Shown here: one piece after another, positions 61,401-64,000 of the stretch
How the letters are laid out: each line of letters starts with the position of its first letter
How positions within the stretch are numbered: position 1 is the first letter of the stretch
NCBI GenBank assembly: GCA_014905635.1
Contig: CM026547.1
Span: 1,054,001 to 1,118,000, forward strand
Reading direction: 5' to 3'
Source of the DNA: Scenedesmus sp. PABB004
Taxonomy: Eukaryota
DNA length: 64,000 nt
Notes under the pieces: model-generated
Database searches by the model: none
What the model saw: the letters and a program-made list of their open reading frames with translations, nothing else
Told to the model about the DNA's origin: nothing
Position numbers and translations under genes: made by a program

Positions 61401-64000
61401 AGGCCGCGCGGCTGCGCCGCGTACGCGTCACCGTCCCAGGTGCGGCCAAAGTCCCAGACCTTGCGGTAGCCCGCCTCCAGCTCCTGGACGCCGGCGGGGC
61501 GGGGCGGCCGGGCGGCCAGGGAGGCGGGCGGTGAGCGGCGAGCTCGCCGCTCGAGCGGCGAGGTGCGAGCGCGAGGGGCCCGCCGCGGCGCGCGCGCTGC
61601 GCAGCGTGCGGTGTGAGGGCCGCCCCGCCCCGCGCCGCCGCGCCGTGCCGCACCCGCGCCGCGTCGCGCGCGGCGGAGAAGTCGTCGATGATGGCCTGGT
61701 TGATGGCGCCGCGCTGCGACAGCAGGCGCGGCGTGGACCGCAGGATGGCGAGCGCGTTGAGCCCGCTGGGCTTGCCCTCAAACAGGTGCGCAAACGCGCG
61801 CATGAACAGCACACGCGGCGCGCCCTGCCGGGGTGCGGGGCGGCGCAGGGGTGGGGCGGGACGAGGGAGGTCGGCGGGGCCCCAAGAGGCCAGAGCGCGG
61901 GCGCTCGGCGCGGCGTGGGCCTCCCAGGCGCGCCTGCACGACCGACAGGATGCCCTCCAGCGTGTTGGCGTTGACCGCCTCCAGCACGGCCGCCTCGGCC
62001 GGCGCAAACGACACGCCGCCGCGCTCCTCGAACGACACCAGCACCGTGAACAGAGCCTTGGCCTGCTTGTCGCCCTGGCGCGCCAGGCAGCGACAAACAG
62101 CGCCTCGGCGCGCGCGCTGCGTTGGCTCTGATCACCCGTCGCCCACACACACGCGCCCGGGCGCCACCCCGCACCTGCTGCTTGTGCGCCGTGAGCAGGG
62201 CGAGCACGTCGTCCACCGCCGCGACCGCGGCGGCCATGAGCCCCTCGACGAGCAGCAGGTCGGCCAGCCGCACAAACGCGCCCAGCTGGCCCAGCTCGGC
62301 CATGACGCGCGCGTAGTTGGCGGCGCGATCGACCTTCTCCTGCGCACATTTTTGCACGCGGGCAGCGTGTGCGGACGCGGCGCTCAGCGGGCAGCGCGCG
62401 CTCCGCGGGGCGGTCCCCCGCCGGGAGGCCCCGCGGCTCTCCTTGGCACGCGGCCGCCCCCAGCACGCCGCGCCGCGCCGCGCCTGCTTTATGACCACCA
62501 TCGGCCGCGCCCGCCCGCCGGCGGCGCCGCCGCCCTGGAAGGGCTCCACGCCGGTCGTGTCGGCCAGCTCCGCGGCGTCGCGCACCGACTCGGCGTACAG
62601 CGCCGCCTGCGCCGCGACGTCTCGGCACAGCCGCTCGAGCGCCTGCGGGCAGGCCGGTTGGGGGCGGGGTCGGCGCCCGGCGCCCGGCGGCTGCGCTGCC
62701 GCCTGGCAGGAGCGCGGCTGGGGCCGCGCGACAGACTGGCAGCGGGCCAGGGGGCCACTGATTGGGTACCTTTTGGACTTTGTCCACGATCGCGTCCAGC
62801 GCAGGCTTGGCCTTCTGCTCCCGCGTGGCGACCTGCAGCTCGCCATACTCCTGCGCCGCGCGCGCCGCCGCGGTGGGCGCGGCACGCGCCGGCGGCGCCC
62901 CCGCGACCCTACGCCGCCCGCACCTGCAGCGTGTACGTGTGGCTGGGGTTGGCCCACGCGAGGCTCACGCCGCGCAGCTGCGCGGCCGCCGCCGCGACCT
63001 CGCGCAGCGTGGCCGCAAACGTCAGCCGCCCGCCAAAGAGCTTCGCCTCCACCTGGGCGCGCACGCGCCTGAAGTTCTTGCGCCGCACGCCCTGCCGGCG
63101 CCGGGAGCGGGCAGCTCGTGGGCACGGCGCGGGGGCGAGGCGCGGCCGCAGGGCGCAGCGGCGCGGCGCGGCGCGGCCCCCGCCGCGCGCCGCGCGCCGC
63201 ACCCGGTGCCAGCGCCCAAACGCGCGGCGCGTGAGGAAGTGGCGGAAGAAGCCGATGCGGCTGACGGTGTCAAATAGGCTGCTCGACCGCACCCACGCCG
63301 CGAGCGGCACAAACTCGGCCGCCGCGCCGCGGCGCACCGCGACGACGCCGTTGGCGGACAGCGTGAAGTACTCGGGCAGCCGCCCGAGGCCCTCCCGCGC
63401 CGCGACGCGCAGGTCGTACGGCCGGAAGCGCGCGCCCTCCGGCGCGCTGGGCGCGGGGACACGGCGGCGCGGCGGCGCGGCGGCGCGCGTGTGGGCGGGC
63501 GGGGCGGGGGCGGCGGCCGCGGCGACCCTGCGGCTCAGCGCAGCGCCCTGCTGCGTGCCGCCCGCCCGCTCACCGCACGCAGTAGAAGAACTTGACGGGG
63601 CTGTCCTGCCCGTGGCGGCCGTAAAAGGCGACCACGTCCTCCCCCGTCACCACGCCGGGCACCGCGTCGGGGTCCGCGCCGCCGGGGGCGGGGTCGGCCG
63701 GGGCCGCGGCCGGCCCCCAGCAGCCGCCCGGGCTGCCGCCGCCGCCGTCGCCGGCATCCACGTCGGCCGCCTCGCCGGCCTCCGCCTCCCAGTCATCACC
63801 AGGCTGCTCCGGCGAGTCGGCGCGCGGGCGCTCCGCGTCCGACCACGCGTCGCGCGCCGCTGCGGCGCCGTCGTCGCCGCATCTGATGAGCTCGCCGCGC
63901 GGCTGCGGCTGCGGCGGCGCATGCTCCGCCGCCGGCCGGATCGGCCCCTCGCCCGACTTGCGCAGGCTGGCGGCGACGTCCGGCAGCCGCGGCACGTGCG
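55494..64000 (-). CDS. Axonemal inner-arm-type dynein heavy chain, C-terminally truncated after a degenerate AAA1; 5' end outside the window
   Basis: Tail FRPYDL...[10 protein letters not shown]; linker [82 protein letters not shown]1 [25 protein letters not shown]; stop after [10 protein letters not shown]; about 30 introns. Confidence 0.92.

Noticed and set aside
2350..63570. Introns as introner-like mobile elements
   Set aside because: They share only low-complexity GC composition and splice/branch motifs; I saw no near-identical intron copies or TIR/TSD pattern.
1..64000. Hundreds of long overlapping Arg/Ala/Pro-rich ORFs (e.g. 37393..41013 +, 9802..12507 -, 43786..47055 -)
   Set aside because: Stop codons are rare at this GC content; these are shadow or antisense frames of real spliced genes.
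1..64000. tRNA, rRNA or snRNA genes
   Set aside because: No cloverleaf, rRNA or Sm-site pattern recognised by eye; a covariance-model search would be needed to exclude them.

Overview
Eukaryotic, intron-rich, extremely GC-rich nuclear DNA; by eye about 75-80% GC. Short GC-rich introns, TGTAA poly(A) signals and the gene content point to a chlorophyte green alga (Sphaeropleales/Scenedesmaceae-like is an inference). Most listed ORFs are GC artefacts, so genes were rebuilt by hand across splice sites, and all family calls rest on motif recognition, not database searches. About 17 protein-coding genes: a partial hypothetical, an HMG-box-like protein, a hypothetical, ICT1/ArfB, a METTL21-like methyltransferase, a DUF4485/CEP112-like protein, an RR-TZF CCCH zinc finger, INO80, a secreted DUF11/DUF7507-repeat protein, a SET/SMYD protein, a class I methyltransferase, an MRC1/Claspin-like protein, a giant clostripain-CUB membrane protease, an ACBP-domain protein, a small DDI1-HDD-like protein, a beta-helix protein and an axonemal dynein heavy chain. 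Highlights: (1) the dynein heavy chain appears motor-dead, with the Walker A lysine deleted in frame and the gene ending after AAA1 with its own poly(A) signal, while the tail stays open; (2) at least 18 GC-AG introns with an AG|GCGCG donor; (3) a receptor-like C11 protease with Cys-rich, CUB and TM modules; (4) a ~460 bp inverted duplication bracketing the zinc-finger gene; (5) a bacterial-type adhesin-like gene with spliceosomal introns. Several single-base frameshifts look like assembly errors.
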